A stretch of DNA of 56,077 nt, counting the filler, from Jimgerdemannia flammicorona (Eukaryota): assembly GCA_003990765.1 (NCBI GenBank). It is 3 parts of 3 records of this genome, joined end to end, with 100 filler letters (N's around TTAATTAATTAA, not from the genome) between each part and the next. Parts side by side here need not be neighbours in the genome. Positions count along the whole stretch, not along the records: positions 1 to 18,630 come from RBNJ01002155.1; 2 more parts are not named here. One strand, given 5' to 3'. The notes under the pieces were generated by a model. That model had not been told where the DNA came from and ran no database searches. It saw only the letters and a program-made list of their open reading frames with translations. Made by a program: the position numbers and the translations under genes. Positions within the stretch are counted from its first letter, which is position 1. The number at the start of each line of letters is the position of its first letter. This document shows, piece by piece, positions 1 through 13,780 of this stretch.

Positions 1-71
1 TTTTTAGTGGGACAAGTGTGGAGAGAGGGAATGAGCGAGCTATGCTATTTAAACATTTAACAAATCCCTCA

Positions 72-1422
72 TTACATCTCGATCCGATCAAGATTCTTTT
101 TTTTCGGTGTCATGTCCGCTATCCTGAACACGTTCTCCAAATCCGTCGACCTGTCGACCTTCTCAACCTCCTCAATCCTCGACTTTGCCCGCCCGTTCTT
201 CCTCGGCGCCGTTCTCTCCAGCGTGAATCAGCTTCGCAAGCTCTGGGTCGCGCCCTCTCACCGAGATCCTCGGTCCTGTGCGATTCGACCTACTGTCAAC
301 CATGTTAGCGCGCGCATGCGACATGCCTTCGCCAAGGTGCTCACCACGTACAGCGAGGCAAGGTATAAGGTCTCGTACGGGTATGCGGGGAGTACGGATT
401 TCAAGGATGTTAAGATGTGCGTGCCTAGGCTCACGCGGCATCTGGATTCGCCTGCACTTAGCCTGCCCAATATTCACTTCCTCTCCAACTCCTTCCTCAC
501 GGCTTTCAGCATCTCTTCACACACAATTGTCAACTCGACCAGCGGCCCTTTGACACCCATATGACCAACAGCTCCTGATCTCCGTATACGATCTCCTTCG
601 GATTTGCGCTCTGGGCGTGTTCGCACCACTCGGCGATTATGACAGGCGGAATAACCGTTAAATTGACGGCATCAATCGGATCGAGTGTATTGTTGACTGT
701 TCAAGGTCCTCTTCCGCCTCCGTCTGCTCCTTCTCGTCCTTCTCGCCCTTCTCGTACTCATTGTCTTCACCTTCGCTCTCCGTCACAGATGCGGGAGGCC
801 AAGGTGTGGATCGCCCATTCCGGCTCTCGCGACGACCCTCGCGCGTCCGGGGGTGTGGTTAGTCTTCGGCGTCAAATTCTTCCCTATCCATTTTTCCTTC
901 AATGCCTCCACCACCCTGACGACTTTCCTTATTATCTCCTTCTTCTGCTTTATCTGATCCTCCTCCAAACACGTTCCTCAATTCTTTTGGTGCTGCCATG
1001 CTAGCTCTTCTAGCCTCGAGGAGAAACTTTTGATTCTACAGGAGTTGATTGAAGGGCCCAAGAAAGATAATGGCGCGGATATTAGGGGAGGGGGTGGAAA
1101 GAATGAGGGAGGGAAGAAGCGGTGATGGGCGAGAGCATGGTTGTCCATCGGCGCCCAACACCACCACCTCATTCACGATGCTTACTGACCCAACCCAACG
1201 CCCCCACTCCCACCACCACTGTTTCTGCGGGCCGTCGCCCGCTGCCAGACTACACAAGGTAATTTTTGACGGCTGTGTCCCAGCGTTCCTCGCTGGGATA
1301 ATGGACCTGGGTCCGCACGAGGAGCTGTTACCTGTCTTCTTCTTTCTGTTCTCATTGAGGGAGGTGGCGGGAGAGCTGAGGAATCTGGCAGATTGTTTAA
1401 AGACGTTGAAGACGAGGAACAA
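72..1422 (-). pseudogene. Probable degenerate protein-coding sequence of unknown family
   Basis: Minus-strand GC-rich, codon-like segments (LEEDQIKQKKEIIRKVVRVVEALKEKW; VTESEGEDNEYEKGEKDEKEQ; PLVELTIVCEEMLKAVRKELERK; RIEEVEKVDRSTDLENVFRIAD) broken by frameshifts and stops; no family recognised; boundaries approximate. Confidence 0.35.
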
Positions 1423-3469
1423 AGTTGTGGAGAGGAAGAGGAAGCAACAGAGGCGTGGATAGGGTCATGCGGAAGAGTGTAGAGTGTGTTTTGCCGAAGA
1501 TTAACATTAGGAAGGCGGGCTAAGGGAACGATCATTTGACGGTGTAAGATAAGGGTGGAAACTCTGTGGGTGTGTGTGAATAGGTTGGATGGACGCGATC
1601 GGATAGTTTGGGTTTTAGAGACATCATGATGTGCAAGAATATGTTGGGAGGACCGAGTGTCGAGGAAGGTTAAAGGTCCTGCTGCGTTTCTCTGACCGAC
1701 CCTTGATTACATGTCTCCAATCTATCTTTAGTGACCATGACGTTAGTCTTGCCCTAACCCGGTCCCGTAGCCTGCATTTGGTGCATCCGGATTCCTAGCT
1801 AGCTGACATGGCAATTCCATCGCCTTCACACGCCGCCACAAAGACCGTGTCCTTTCCGCCGCCGCCCACGGACCTCAAATCTCTTTCCCCTCTGAAACCG
1901 CTACTCCTGATCTATATCCGGTTACTCACCGGTGCCAGTTACATCGATTTACCGCCTACAAAGTCAAGGCAGTTGCCATCACCTTCCTATTGTCGTTCGC
2001 GTACTTTGATGCAACAATGGATCAATTTGTGCGTAGTGGGCCTGTATTTTGATCCTGGTCGTTATGAATCCTGTAGTTCGTGATACGGATTTGCGGGACC
2101 ATCACGGGAGCGGTTTGGGGGATGACGGCGTAGGCTACCGATGGCCGGAATCAATCCGTATATGCTCTGTGATGGGATTAATTATGGGCAAGGTGAGCGG
2201 TATCTCTTCTGCAGAGGACCCGAAGAAGGGTGGGCGTATCCACAACTTCTGGGTCACATGTATAATCACTTCCAAGGTTGAAAATACCAGAAATGAGCAG
2301 ATAGGACGGAGGTCCAGTTTACTGTCCGAATTCGAGAGATGTAGGTATCACTTCACCCTGTTTCATCCCGCGTTCCAACGCACTGGGCCTGATATTTCTA
2401 TTACCATTCAATTTTGGTTCTCTCCTCGATTCTTTCCTCTGCGCAGGCAGCCAATACTTTAATCATGGCCATTCGGCTTCGTAGTCGCTCGAGATATTCT
2501 ACCGCCAACATTGCGAAGCGGATTTGAACATCGCTGAAGAAAAATTAACCAAGAACGTTGGGACAGATCAATGGGTAGATGGACGTCACGATGTTAAATC
2601 TGTATCCGGGACTATTAGGCATCCCTAGTCTCGTAGCTGATTTCTTTTACGGTAGGAATACAAGTAATCTGATGTGGAATTGGTGCAATATCAGTCTGAA
2701 TCCCAATGTCAGCATTCCTGCGGAGGACAGAAACGGTGCGCCGCGATTTGGCGAACCTGAACATCAATATAGCACCACGTATCCTGCTTATATATTATGA
2801 GTACTGGTACGACTTTTTATTTATTTTATTTTTAATGAGACGAATTATGGGGTGATGGGTGATGGGTGCATCCATTGCGTGCTAGGTATAGATCTCGTAA
2901 ACCGTTATCACATCTTGTCATTCATCGAGAACTTCAAGAGGGGTAGGGAGATCGTGTTGGAAGGTGGCAATGGCTTTTCTCAGGACGCTATTGTTGGTCG
3001 GTGCCATCATGTTTTTGAATTGGTTTAGTAGTCTATCAATATCTTCACCTTACGTATAGCTTCTTCCTTATCGCCTCGATTTCTTCCTACCCACCTATCT
3101 CACACCATACCTTCCCTTCTGCATCAGAAATGACGGCGACCCTGACCATTCACCAAAGGCCTGTGAGCTCACGATCCACAATTTCGTGTAGCCCATTGCC
3201 AAGGCTATCTCCGGATTTTTACGCGCACCCACCCTCGTGATCGTACGTAGAGTGGGCTACTGTCGATTCGAAGAGTAATAAGGAGCTGAGGATTTCGATT
3301 AAGGTCGGCTGTGTAAGGGGGATTGCGTTGGTTTTGAGAATCAGTTGCTGTGCATTGGAGGATGAGAAAGATAGGTGATATGGGACTTGAAATCGAGGGT
3401 CTAATTTTTTTTTTTTTTTTTTTTTTTCATTGCTTTTACAGAACAGCAGCAATAAAACCGTCTATCTTG

Positions 3470-3830
3470 TTTGGTGCTGTGAGTCGTCATTCATCACTAT
3501 TTCGTACTTAGTCGTCGTCCATCATCACGTGTCGTCGTCGTCATCGCCGTTCCGCCGCCTTGTACTTAGACAGACAACGTTCATCGTTCTGCGTTTAGTA
3601 ATCACCGTCCGTCGTCTGTCATTATCTGTCGTCCGTCGCCAATTTTCCAACCCATTTATAAGTAATTTAACTTTAGTTGATTTTTTGATTCTTAGTGCTG
3701 TTTAATAATAAAAAGACAACTCTAATTTATTCGAATTGTATCAGAACAGTACGTAGCAGATTATACACCAAATATATTTATATGTATGCCCGAGTTTCCA
3801 GACCACGGATATTCTGTACCATGGTGCACG
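3470..3830 (+). repeat. Short, diverged copy of the foldback unit (sub-repeat array, AT block, tail)
   Basis: cttagtcgtc / ttctgcgtttagt sub-repeats followed by an AT-rich block and tcagaacag...tatgcc.gag.ttccaga...ccatgg, in the same order as 10400-10740. Confidence 0.55.
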
Positions 3831-4076
3831 GAGCTTTGGTCTATGTCCGCCGTGCCCGGTGTAGACTGCGCTTCTGGAAAAGCGTTGATGAATTCGAGCG
3901 TAAAATCTTCCACTTTGAGTATTTTATTCAAATTCAAAATTTGTCCATTAGCCACTTACTTTTGGACAACTCAACATGTTTACAAAACTCTAAAGTCACA
4001 TTAACTAAATTTTTATGGTATATAATGTCATAAGAAAAATAATCTGGTACGTGCAAAAAAAAAAAAAAAAAAAAAA

Positions 4077-4204
4077 AAACATAATTCCAGCGGCAAATTC
4101 CAGCATGCGGGTAAGACAACGGCGCTCGGGGCCATATTCACGGAAAATATGCACAGCATGAAACAAAAGATTGAATTGCCCCCCTGAATAAGCAGCGCAT
4201 TATC
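4077..4204 (+). repeat. Outer inverted repeat, left arm (pairs with 16180-16294)
   Basis: tcggggccatattcacggaaaatatgcacagcatgaa and ctgaataagcagcgcattatc are reverse complements of sequence in 16180-16260. Confidence 0.9.
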
Positions 4205-5825
4205 ACTATCCGCGAGGGCGACCTTGACGACATGGGGGAAGAAAGGGGGGATGCGAGTGGAAAGGAGTAGAGAGCCTTTTATCTACGCAGAACACTACGC
4301 TGTTATAGCGATTTTGGGTGACAGTCGATCAACTTTGGTCATGATATTGGAAGGGCATGCCTTCGACTTCAGCGCTCTGAACGACACTTATCATCTGGAT
4401 GTCCTCTACGCTTTTACGATCGTCATCCTCGACCTTGCACAGATCCTCATCTATACTTTCGTCATCCGCCTCATATATGTCATCTAATCACGGCGTTGGA
4501 TTGTCGTATCTAACAAGCTTGATTATAAATTCATGCGGAGAGAGTACCTAACTTTGTTTGTCACGGACAGAAATCTTAGATGTGTATGAATAGCACCATA
4601 ATCAAATTTCGATATTATGATGGTGAGAACAGGAATTCTACGGATGTATTCTATAATTTATTAATATAAGAACTTTTTGTAGATTAAATCCTCTTGCAAT
4701 TTTACCCAACATTATTACTGAGAGTTATAAAAACTCCAATTTAGCCAACGTGTTCACCTCCTTTGAAGAGGCCTTCAGTGCTGGCGACCTTGACGCCTGC
4801 ATCCGATTGGGGGGAGCTGATGGCAGTTCCGCAGGGGAGCTGCATCTAGCATTCAAGTTTGTCCATCAGATTTATTTATTTATTTAATTTTTAAAAATTA
4901 TATATATACCTATATATTATATATATCAAGCGTTTATTTTTTACTCTGTGCATCTCGGTGGTTTGAGATTCAGAGCTAATTTTCTCCTTGTTTGATGTTC
5001 CATTCTGCAGGTGTCCTGGCTAAGACGGTGAACCGCTTTTGGAAAGTCGCTTTCGTAAACCAACATTAGCAAAGTGTCCTTCGCGTGAAAATGTATGTGA
5101 GATGAGTTATGCTAAATCGGGTGTGCTGGGTCGGTGGGTTAGCATGCGCTTCCCAGGCCCGCCATTCGCGTAAAGCGAAGGGGCCACTTTTTATTGTTCC
5201 TCACCCAAGAGGGAAGGGCGGGATGGGTTGCGTAAACTGATAGTATACAGGCGTAGTCTACGCGCTTGATTGTTAAGATGCGACGCGTACTCAGTCGCTG
5301 GGGGAGATATTACATATAATGCATGCTGAACGTTGCTAAACTAATTGCCGCTTAGAGCTGGCATCTTGCCGGGGAACTGAGACTAAGCTAAGATTGCATA
5401 AGAGACGGCACTGACACTAAGCTAAGATTGCATGAAAGAGCTGAAAGATTGCATGATGGTGGTTTTTCCGCGGCTCCGGCCACTTTGCCGAAGTTTGATA
5501 ACTCTAAGTATATACTAATAAAATTGTACTGGAAAAGAGAACCAGACCTCTACTTCAACACAACTCATCACTTTCAGACTTGATTTTCATACGACGAGTT
5601 TGCCGACCATTGAAACGCACCTCATTTTCAGCTAAGAGAAAATGGCCACATGTAGCCAATGAACCACACGAATCGCTGCAGAGCGCCCGTCTATAAATCA
5701 CAGCTTTCCTGCAACAAAGCATTCAGATACCTATTTAATTCCATTTGACTCATTATAACGTTCAGTAATACTAAAACTCGTTTCTTTATGAAACTCTGCC
5801 TGATACATCACAAAAATCGCATGGT

Positions 5826-8105
5826 ATATCTGATATCTCTGGATATACCAGAATAAAAATTCGCAGTTACAATGGCACGTTATCTAGAGTACACAGAGGG
5901 ACTGGATTCCATAGCCTAGATAATATATATATCTGGAACAGCTCTGGCATATGCCTGTTCTGTAACATTCCTGTATTATTTATTGTTTTATAATACTAAG
6001 ATAATTACTAGATTACTAAAAATAATAAATGAAATAAACTAATTATAACTAAAGCTAATTTACTAATTCCAGAATGATGACCAACCGTAGACGGGCGATG
6101 AACGACTAGATGACGATGACTAAGTGAACGCCTACGAATAAGCGCAGAACGGCAATGAACAATGACTAAGCGCAGAACGACCAAACCCAGAACGATGATG
6201 GACGACGACGACTAAGCGATGATGAACGACGACGACTAAGCGATGATGAACGACGACGACTAAGCGATGACGATGACGACGGATAATAGAGGATGGATGA
6301 TGGATGACTAAGTGACGAAATGATTACGACGGCTAAGTGAATACTGACGACTAAGCCCAGAATGACCAAGCCCAGAGCGATGATGAATGATGATGACTAA
6401 GCGATGATATGAGGGATGATGGTCAATGGATGATGGACGACTAAATGCAGAACAATGATAGCGACGACGACGGACGATGGACGACGGATGATGGACAACG
6501 GACGACTAAGCGCAGAACTATGAACGACGACTAAGCGCCGACCTGAACGACAACGACTAAGCGCAGAACAAGGACGACGACTAAGCCTGCAGAACGACGA
6601 TGATGACTTATCGCAGAATGATGATGAACGACAGAATGAAGATGAACAACGACTAAATCCAGAGCAACGAAGAATGATGGCAACTAAGTGGAGATGACAA
6701 TGAACGACGACTAAGCTTCGAAAAGCGAATAATGACTAAGCGCCGAACGGCGATGAACGACTAAGCCCAGAAAGATGATGAACGACGACTAAGCTTCGAA
6801 AAGCGAATAATGACTAAGCGCCGAACGGCGATGAACGACTAAGCCCAGAAAGATGATGAACGACGACTAAGCGCAGGAAGCGCGGAACGGCGATGAACGA
6901 TACCAAAGCCCAGAACGACCAAGCCCAGAACGATGAAAAACGATGATGGATGAACGATCAATGACGACTAAGCATGGCATAGCGATGAACGACGACAACT
7001 AAGCACAGAAGAGCGACGAACAACGACCAAGCGCAGAGCGACGATGACGACGACTAAGCACAGAACGACGATGATGACGACTAAGCGCAGAACGGCGATG
7101 AACGACAGCTAAGCTCAGAACAGCGCATCACGATGACAACTAAGCGCAGATTATGATGAACGATAATCAAGCGTAAACAACGACTAAACCCAGAGCAATG
7201 ATGACCCAGAATAGTACAGAGTGATGACGATTAAGCGCAGAACGGCAATGAATGGCGACTAAGTGCAGCAGAATGACAATGAACGACGACTAAGCAACAA
7301 AGCGACAATGAACGACTAAGTATAGAATGGCAATGAATGACAACTAAGCATAGAATGGCAATGACTGACAACTAAGCACCAAACGGCGATGAAAGACTAA
7401 GCCCAGAGAATGAATTACAACGACTAAGCGCTGAGCGATGGCGCACAGAACGATGACGACGACTAAGTACAGAATGATTATGATGTCTAAGCGCAGAGTG
7501 ATGACGCCGACTAAGCGCAGAGCGACGACCAAGAGCAGAATGACAATGAACGATGACTAAACCCAGAGCAGCGAAGAGGGATGACGACTAAGCGCAGAAT
7601 GGCAATGAACGACGATTTAACACTGAATGACAATGAAAGACAAAGCGCAGAACGATGACGACGACTAAGCACAGAACGATGACTACGACTAAGCACAGAA
7701 CGATGACGACAGCTAAGTGCAGAACGTGATGTCGACTAAATGCAGAACAACGGCGACGAACGATGGACGACTAGCGCAGAATGACGATAATAACCAAGTG
7801 GCTTCTAGCCACCACGAAATATTTTAAGAATGACTCCAGGACCAAACCGCAACGAAATATTTCCCAAATGACCTTCCAAGATGCGAAGACACGAAAGGCG
7901 GGCGGTTCGTCATTGCAGCAGGTGTGGAGTGCAGGGCGTTCACGGCAGGGTGCCTTGTGGCAGTTCGGGAGGGTATGATTATGGCAGTTTGTCGTTACAG
8001 CAGGGTGTAGAGTTGGGCTTGGGCAAGGGGCAAATAATTGTCGGTCAAACAAGTCACGTGATGTTTCTGAAAACGCCATAGATATTTTTTGCTTCCCAGA
8101 GCAGG
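5826..8105 (-). repeat. Long inverted repeat pair 1, left arm (~2.3 kb, internal gactaagcgcagaa array ~6070-7790)
   Basis: Outer end atatctgatatctctggatataccagaataaaaattcgcagttac is the reverse complement of 10780-10828; inner end gcttcccagagcagg is the reverse complement of 8541-8555; internal blocks are collinear. Confidence 0.92.
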
Positions 8106-8540
8106 TACCAGAAGAAATTTCGTGAGGAATAGCGTGGCGAAATGCAGAGAAACATAGTACTCAGTTTCATAATTGAACTTAATTTGTGCAACAGTAGTCA
8201 ACTAAAGGCAATTAGCAACGATGAGGGTGAAAATCCTTGCGAGCTCAGCTTGCAATCGTTGGAATTCTTATTACTTGATGGGCACTGTTCGTGCGGGAAT
8301 GGCAATATAGGGACTGTGTGTAGCCGAAAAGCGTTTAGAATTTTTATAGTACACAGGTTTCATGCTGCATCAAGCAATCAGCTTACTCCTGAAAAAACGT
8401 TAAGCAATCTCATGATGGATACCTATTCCGCGGCGGCCTTCCTAGCCTCGGCTGTTTAATTGTTTTGCCTTAAAAAATATATATATATAATGTCTAATTC
8501 GTTCAGTTTCCCGACGTCTCCAGCAGAATTTAGAACTCTT

Positions 8541-10828
8541 CCTGCTCTGGGAAGCAGATATCCTTTAAAAAAAATATCTATGGCGTTTTCCAGAAGCATC
8601 ACGTGACTTGTGTGAAAATTATATGCGCCACTCTAATTCCCCATCCTGCTGTAACGGCGGACTGCCATAATCATCCCCGAACTGCCACAAGGCACCCTGC
8701 CGTGAACGTACTGCACTCCACGGCCTTTCCACACCCTGCTGCAATGACGAGCCGCCTGTTTTGCAGTGGTTGTGTCTTCGCATCTTGGGAGGTCATTTGG
8801 GAAATATTTCGTTGTGGTTTGGTCTTAGGGTCATTCTGAGAATATTTTGCTGTGGCGAGAAGCCACTTGTCATTTTGCGCTTAGTCGTCCATCGTCCGTC
8901 GTCTTTGTCATCATCGTTCTGTACTTAGTCATACGTCATCCATCGTCCATCATCTGTCGTCATCATTCATCATCGTTCTGGGGTAGTCATCATTCATTGT
9001 CATTCTGCGCTTAGCTGTCGTCATCGTTCTGTCGTCATCGTTCTGCGCTTAGTCTTTCATCGCCATTCAGTGCTAAATCATCGTTCATTGCCATTCTGCG
9101 CTTAATCATCATCCCTCTGGGCTTAGTTATCGTTTATCGTTGCTCTGGGTTTAGTCATCGTTAATTGTCATTCTGCTCTTAGCCATCGCTTATTGCTTAG
9201 TTGGCATCATCACCCTGCACTTAGACATCGTCATCGTTCTGCACTTAATCGTCGTCATCGTTCTACACTTAGTCGTCGTCATCGTTCCGCACTTAGTTGT
9301 CGTCATTCATCATCTCTCTGGAATTAGTCGTTCATCGCCGTTTGGTGCTTAGTTGTCATACATTGCCATTCTGTGCGTAGTCGTCCTTCATTGCTGCTTA
9401 GTCGTCGTTCATTGCCATTCTGCGCTTAGTCGCCGTTCATTGCCGTTCTGCACTTAGTCGCTGTTCATTGCCATTCTGCGCTTAATCGTCGTCATTCTGT
9501 ACTATTCTGGGTCTAGTCGTTTCATTGCTCTGGGTTTAGTTGTTGTTCACGCTTGATCATCGTTCATCGTCATTCTGCGCTTAGTTGTCATCGTGATGCG
9601 CTGTTCTGAGTATAGTTGTCATTTATCGCTGTTCTGCGATCATTGTCGTTCTGTGCTTAGTCGTAATCATCGCTCTGCGCTTGGTCGTTATTCGTCGCTC
9701 TTCTGCGCTTAGTTGTCATCGTTTATCGCCATGCTATGCTTAGTCGTCATTGATCGTTCATCTGTCATCCATCGTTCATTGTCTGTCGTCGTCCTCATCG
9801 TTTAGTCGTCATCATTTTTCATCATTCTCGGCTTAGTCGTTCTGCGCTTTGGCATCGTTCATCGCCGTTCTGCGCTTAGTCGTCGTCATCATTCTGCGCT
9901 TAGCCATCGTCATCGTCCTGCGCTTAGTTATCGTCGTTCATTACCTTTCTCATCGCTTAGTTGTCATCATTCTTCGTTTAGTCGATGTTCATCTTCATTT
10001 TGTCGTTCATCATCATTCTGCGCTTAGTCGTCATCCTCGTTCTGCACTTAGTAGTTGTCATTCTTAGTCGTCGTTCATAGTTCTGTGCTTAGTCGTCCTT
10101 CGCTATCGTCGCTATCATTGTTCTGCACTTAGTCGTCCATCATCCACCGATCATCGTCCGTCGTCATTATCATCGCTTAATCATCATTATTCATCATAGT
10201 TCTGGGGCTTGTGGGCTTAGTCGTCAGCGTTCACTTAGCCGTCGTCATCACTCTGTGCTTAGTCGTCGCTCATTGTCCATCACCCATCGTCCATCGTCAT
10301 CATCATCGTTTTAGTCGTCCATCATCCATCCTTTATTATCCGTCGTCATCATCACCACTTAGTCGTCGTCGTTCATCATCGTTCTAGGCTTGATCGTTCT
10401 GCGTTTAGTCATCATTCTGCACTTATTCGTCAGCCATCGTCATCGCTCTGTGCTTAGTCGTCGTCATCATCGTTCAAGCTTATTCATCGTCATTCATCAT
10501 CGCCGTTCGGTGCTTAGTCGTTCATCGCCCTTCTGCGCTTGGTCATTGTTCTGGACTTAGTAAATTAGCTTTAGTTGTAGTTTTATTTTATTTATTATTT
10601 TTAGTAATGTAATAATTATCTTAATATTATATAATAATAAAAAGTAATTTTAATAGTATCAGAACAGAATAGGAATGTTACCAGAACAGATATATGCCAG
10701 AGCTGTTCCAGATATATACCAGATATATATATAGGCCATGGAATATAGTCCCTCAGTGTACTCTAGATAACATGCCGTTGTAACTGCGAATTTTTATTCT
10801 GGTATATATATCCAGAGATATCAGATAT
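8541..10828 (+). repeat. Long inverted repeat pair 1, right arm (ttctgcgcttagtcgtc array ~8870-10560)
   Basis: Reverse complement of 5826-8105 with substitutions and indels; separated from it by a 435-bp unique spacer. Confidence 0.92.
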
Positions 10829-11952
10829 TTTTGTGTGTCGCCCAGATCCGACAAGAGAACATAAAGAGCCCGTTTCTAAGAAGCCACACCTCGACCTGAC
10901 GGAATTTTATTTTTTTATTTTAATTTTTTCATTGACCGTAGAATTGCTCAAAGTTGGTGTATGTGATATAATTAGGTATGCTGTATGTTTTTCATATTCC
11001 TAGTCGCCTCCGTGCACTGTGAACAATTACAACAGTAGTATGTAGGTACGATGCCGTGCGTTTGACATAGATTTAGGGTCAAGGCATTTCGCTAATCCCG
11101 AGTTTTTGCACTAAGTGATGCATGCATAATTTATGATCGGCATCTTTGAGTTCCAGAAAATCGGCACGAGGCTGAAAATGGCATCTGTGCTCCCCGTGGT
11201 TTCTGGATATTAACGTAACCAAAAAAAAAAAAAATTAAAAATTAAAAATTAAAAATTAAAAAACTAACTCTGTGAAATGATTTTCTGATCGATTTACCAC
11301 AATGCTACAGAGTTAGAATTTATTTAGGGGGGTTTTTTTTTTATGTCTCTATATAAGTGCACAGTTACATACTTTTTAAAAAAGAAGTCATCATATAAAT
11401 TTTATAACAAGACACATCATCAGACTTAATTATTGTCACTACACAATATTTTTGATGATATATATTACCTTTTTTGGGGAGGCGGGGGGGGTTGGGGGGT
11501 GGGAGGTATCATCATCAGGTATCAAGGCAGACCAGGTTGAGGGAATCTAAATAGGCAGGCCGGGCAAGGACAGTCGTCTACGAGGCAGGTGGTCATTGGC
11601 GCCGGTACGTCTTACATTCTCATCTCGCTTTTTGCCAATGATCACACCAGATCGATTTATTTCGGATGGAGCTTGCAACTTGACGCATTTCCTACTATGA
11701 TGCTATGTATGTCAAATATTAGCCATTATATCTATATTCATTGCATTGCTTTTATACCTAGATTGCTTGCCATTACAAATGAGGAAAAATATTTATATCA
11801 CAGCTTAGCTGTCTGTCAGGTGCTTCGTACCTGAGAAAGTGTTATGCAATGATTTCCTTATTCAGTATATGTCCAAGTATTACGTCGGAAGCCAGGGAAA
11901 CCAGGTGAAGTCGTTTAGTTCGGATACCCATCGTTTCGAGTAGGTGGAGTGA

Positions 11953-12268
11953 ATTGTAAATATAAGTCGCTGCCTTGGCCATGAGGTTCCACGGAAATTG
12001 AAGGGGCGGTCTGTAGTCTGAAATTGTTGGATCTGGGACAACACGTTTGCTAAGGAATTCACTAAGTGAAGCATCGTACATCACTTCAAAATTTTCTGGT
12101 GCCTGGCAAATTGCGCCCAGATACTGACAGATATTTCTTGAAAAAATACGTAAGTATTTGTATATCCAGATGCCAAAGGATATCTAACGGACGTTAGGAC
12201 CATCACGTGACATGGCATACAGCTATAAACCTCAATAAATTTTGATAAACGTTGAAGGTATAGAATGT

Positions 12269-12307
<39 letters not shown>

Positions 12308-12887
12308 TAGAAAGATTCTATGCTTGATTTACTACAACTTGACAGAGTTAGAATTTTATTATGTCTCCTTATAAAGTTATGAATTTTTATGTTGAGCACC
12401 AGTTACATATAAATTTTTACTTAATCATTGACAAGCACATGACTATTTTGATGACGTTTCATTGATGCGGCAGTCGCACCATTAGTCACGTGGTGTGGTT
12501 TGAAGATTCGTCGCACGCGCCACTCATTCCCACTGCCACATGGTTACCTTGCTGCACAACTTCTGTACGTCTTGCTGTAGTGACGAACTGCCGAATCGCT
12601 CTGTGAATATCCCTTAGAATATTGCAGTGGTGAGTCTTCGCATCTTGGGAAGTCATTCACGAAATATTTCGCTGTGGTTTGGTCTTGGGGTTACTCAGAA
12701 AATATTTTTGTGGTGGCTATAAGCCACTGTCATTCTGCACTTAGTCGTCGTTATCGGGCTCGAAATTCCCAAAACTTTAGTGATGTTATTTATCTCATAT
12801 AATTATGTTTCCCTGGTAGCCCTCTACTCAAGTTTGTGCATGCAGGCAGTAGAATATTGTCATGATCGTGAGCAGTAGGTAGGTGTA

Positions 12888-12923
<36 letters not shown>

Positions 12924-13780
12924 GGGGGAGGGGAAGCGTGAGCTTAGAGCAGGACAAAAAGACCATTCATCACCATTCTGCACTTAACCATCATCATCGT
13001 CGTTCTGTGCTTAGTCATCATTGATGTTCTGCACTTTTCGTCGATCATAATTCCATGCTTAGTCGTTGTTCATCATTCTTCACTTAGTCGTCTGTCGTCT
13101 ATCGTCCGTAGTCATCATTATCATTGTTCTGCACTTAGTCCATCATCCGTCCTCCATTGTCCGTTGTCATCATCTCGCTTAGTCGACGTCGTTCATTCAC
13201 ATCATCGTTCTGAGCTTAGCTGTCGTTATTGTTCTGCACCTAGTTATCGGTATTCATTATCTTTTGCGCTTAGTTTTTTATTGCCATTCAGTGCTAAGTA
13301 GTTGCCCATTTCTCTTCTGCATTTAGTCATCATCATTCTGCGCTGCCCTAGGCTTAGTCATCATTTATCGCTGTCGTCGTTCACTGTAAATCTGCTTTTG
13401 GTCATCATTCATCGCTGCTTTACTCTTAGTCGGCACCAACGTTCTGTGCTTAGTCATCATCCTTAGTTGTCGTCATCATTCTGCACGTAGTTATATATCC
13501 TTCTCTTTCCACATTTGTAATATCCACAACTTCATATATATCATCACTACACACTATTGTCTTTGCTATACATGGCTTGCAAGAAATTGCAATCAATATG
13601 TGACAATTAAGGGAGTGTATGTACAAATAGCAGTGATGTATAGTGCATTATACAGACATTTTACTGTTATTCTGTAACCATTCCCAATGACACATTCTGA
13701 TACATGCATTCACGCAATCTGGTCTGGAATTTCAAGCTGCATTCTGATTCTGCAGATCTTACGAACGTGTAAGGCGGATC
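11953..13780 (+). repeat. Long inverted repeat pair 2, left arm (same unit family as pair 1)
   Basis: tataagtcgctgccttggccatgaggttcc pairs with 15851-15880; tacgaacgtgtaaggcggatc pairs with 14372-14392; shares head block cttcgcatcttggga.gtcatt...gaaatatttcg.tgtggtttggtctt with 8776-8830. Confidence 0.9.

Noticed and set aside
1808..3350. Several short ORFs that might form a spliced gene
   Set aside because: No recognisable motif or consistent exon chain could be assembled.
4300..4560. Acidic minus-strand peptide LDDIYEADDESIDEDLCKVEDDD
   Set aside because: Short, stop-bounded and unassignable.
6166..10067. Hydrophobic LRLVVVII-type short ORFs in the arrays
   Set aside because: By-products of the triplet-based repeat; short, frequently interrupted, not conserved between arms.
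6070..10560. CRISPR array interpretation of the regularly spaced cttagt cores
   Set aside because: Cores are short and degenerate, linkers are low-complexity triplets rather than unique spacers, no cas genes, eukaryotic context.
5826..10828. Centromere call for the IR-core-IR structure
   Set aside because: Architecture is suggestive, but there are two such structures with different polarity and no functional evidence; kept only as an alternative.
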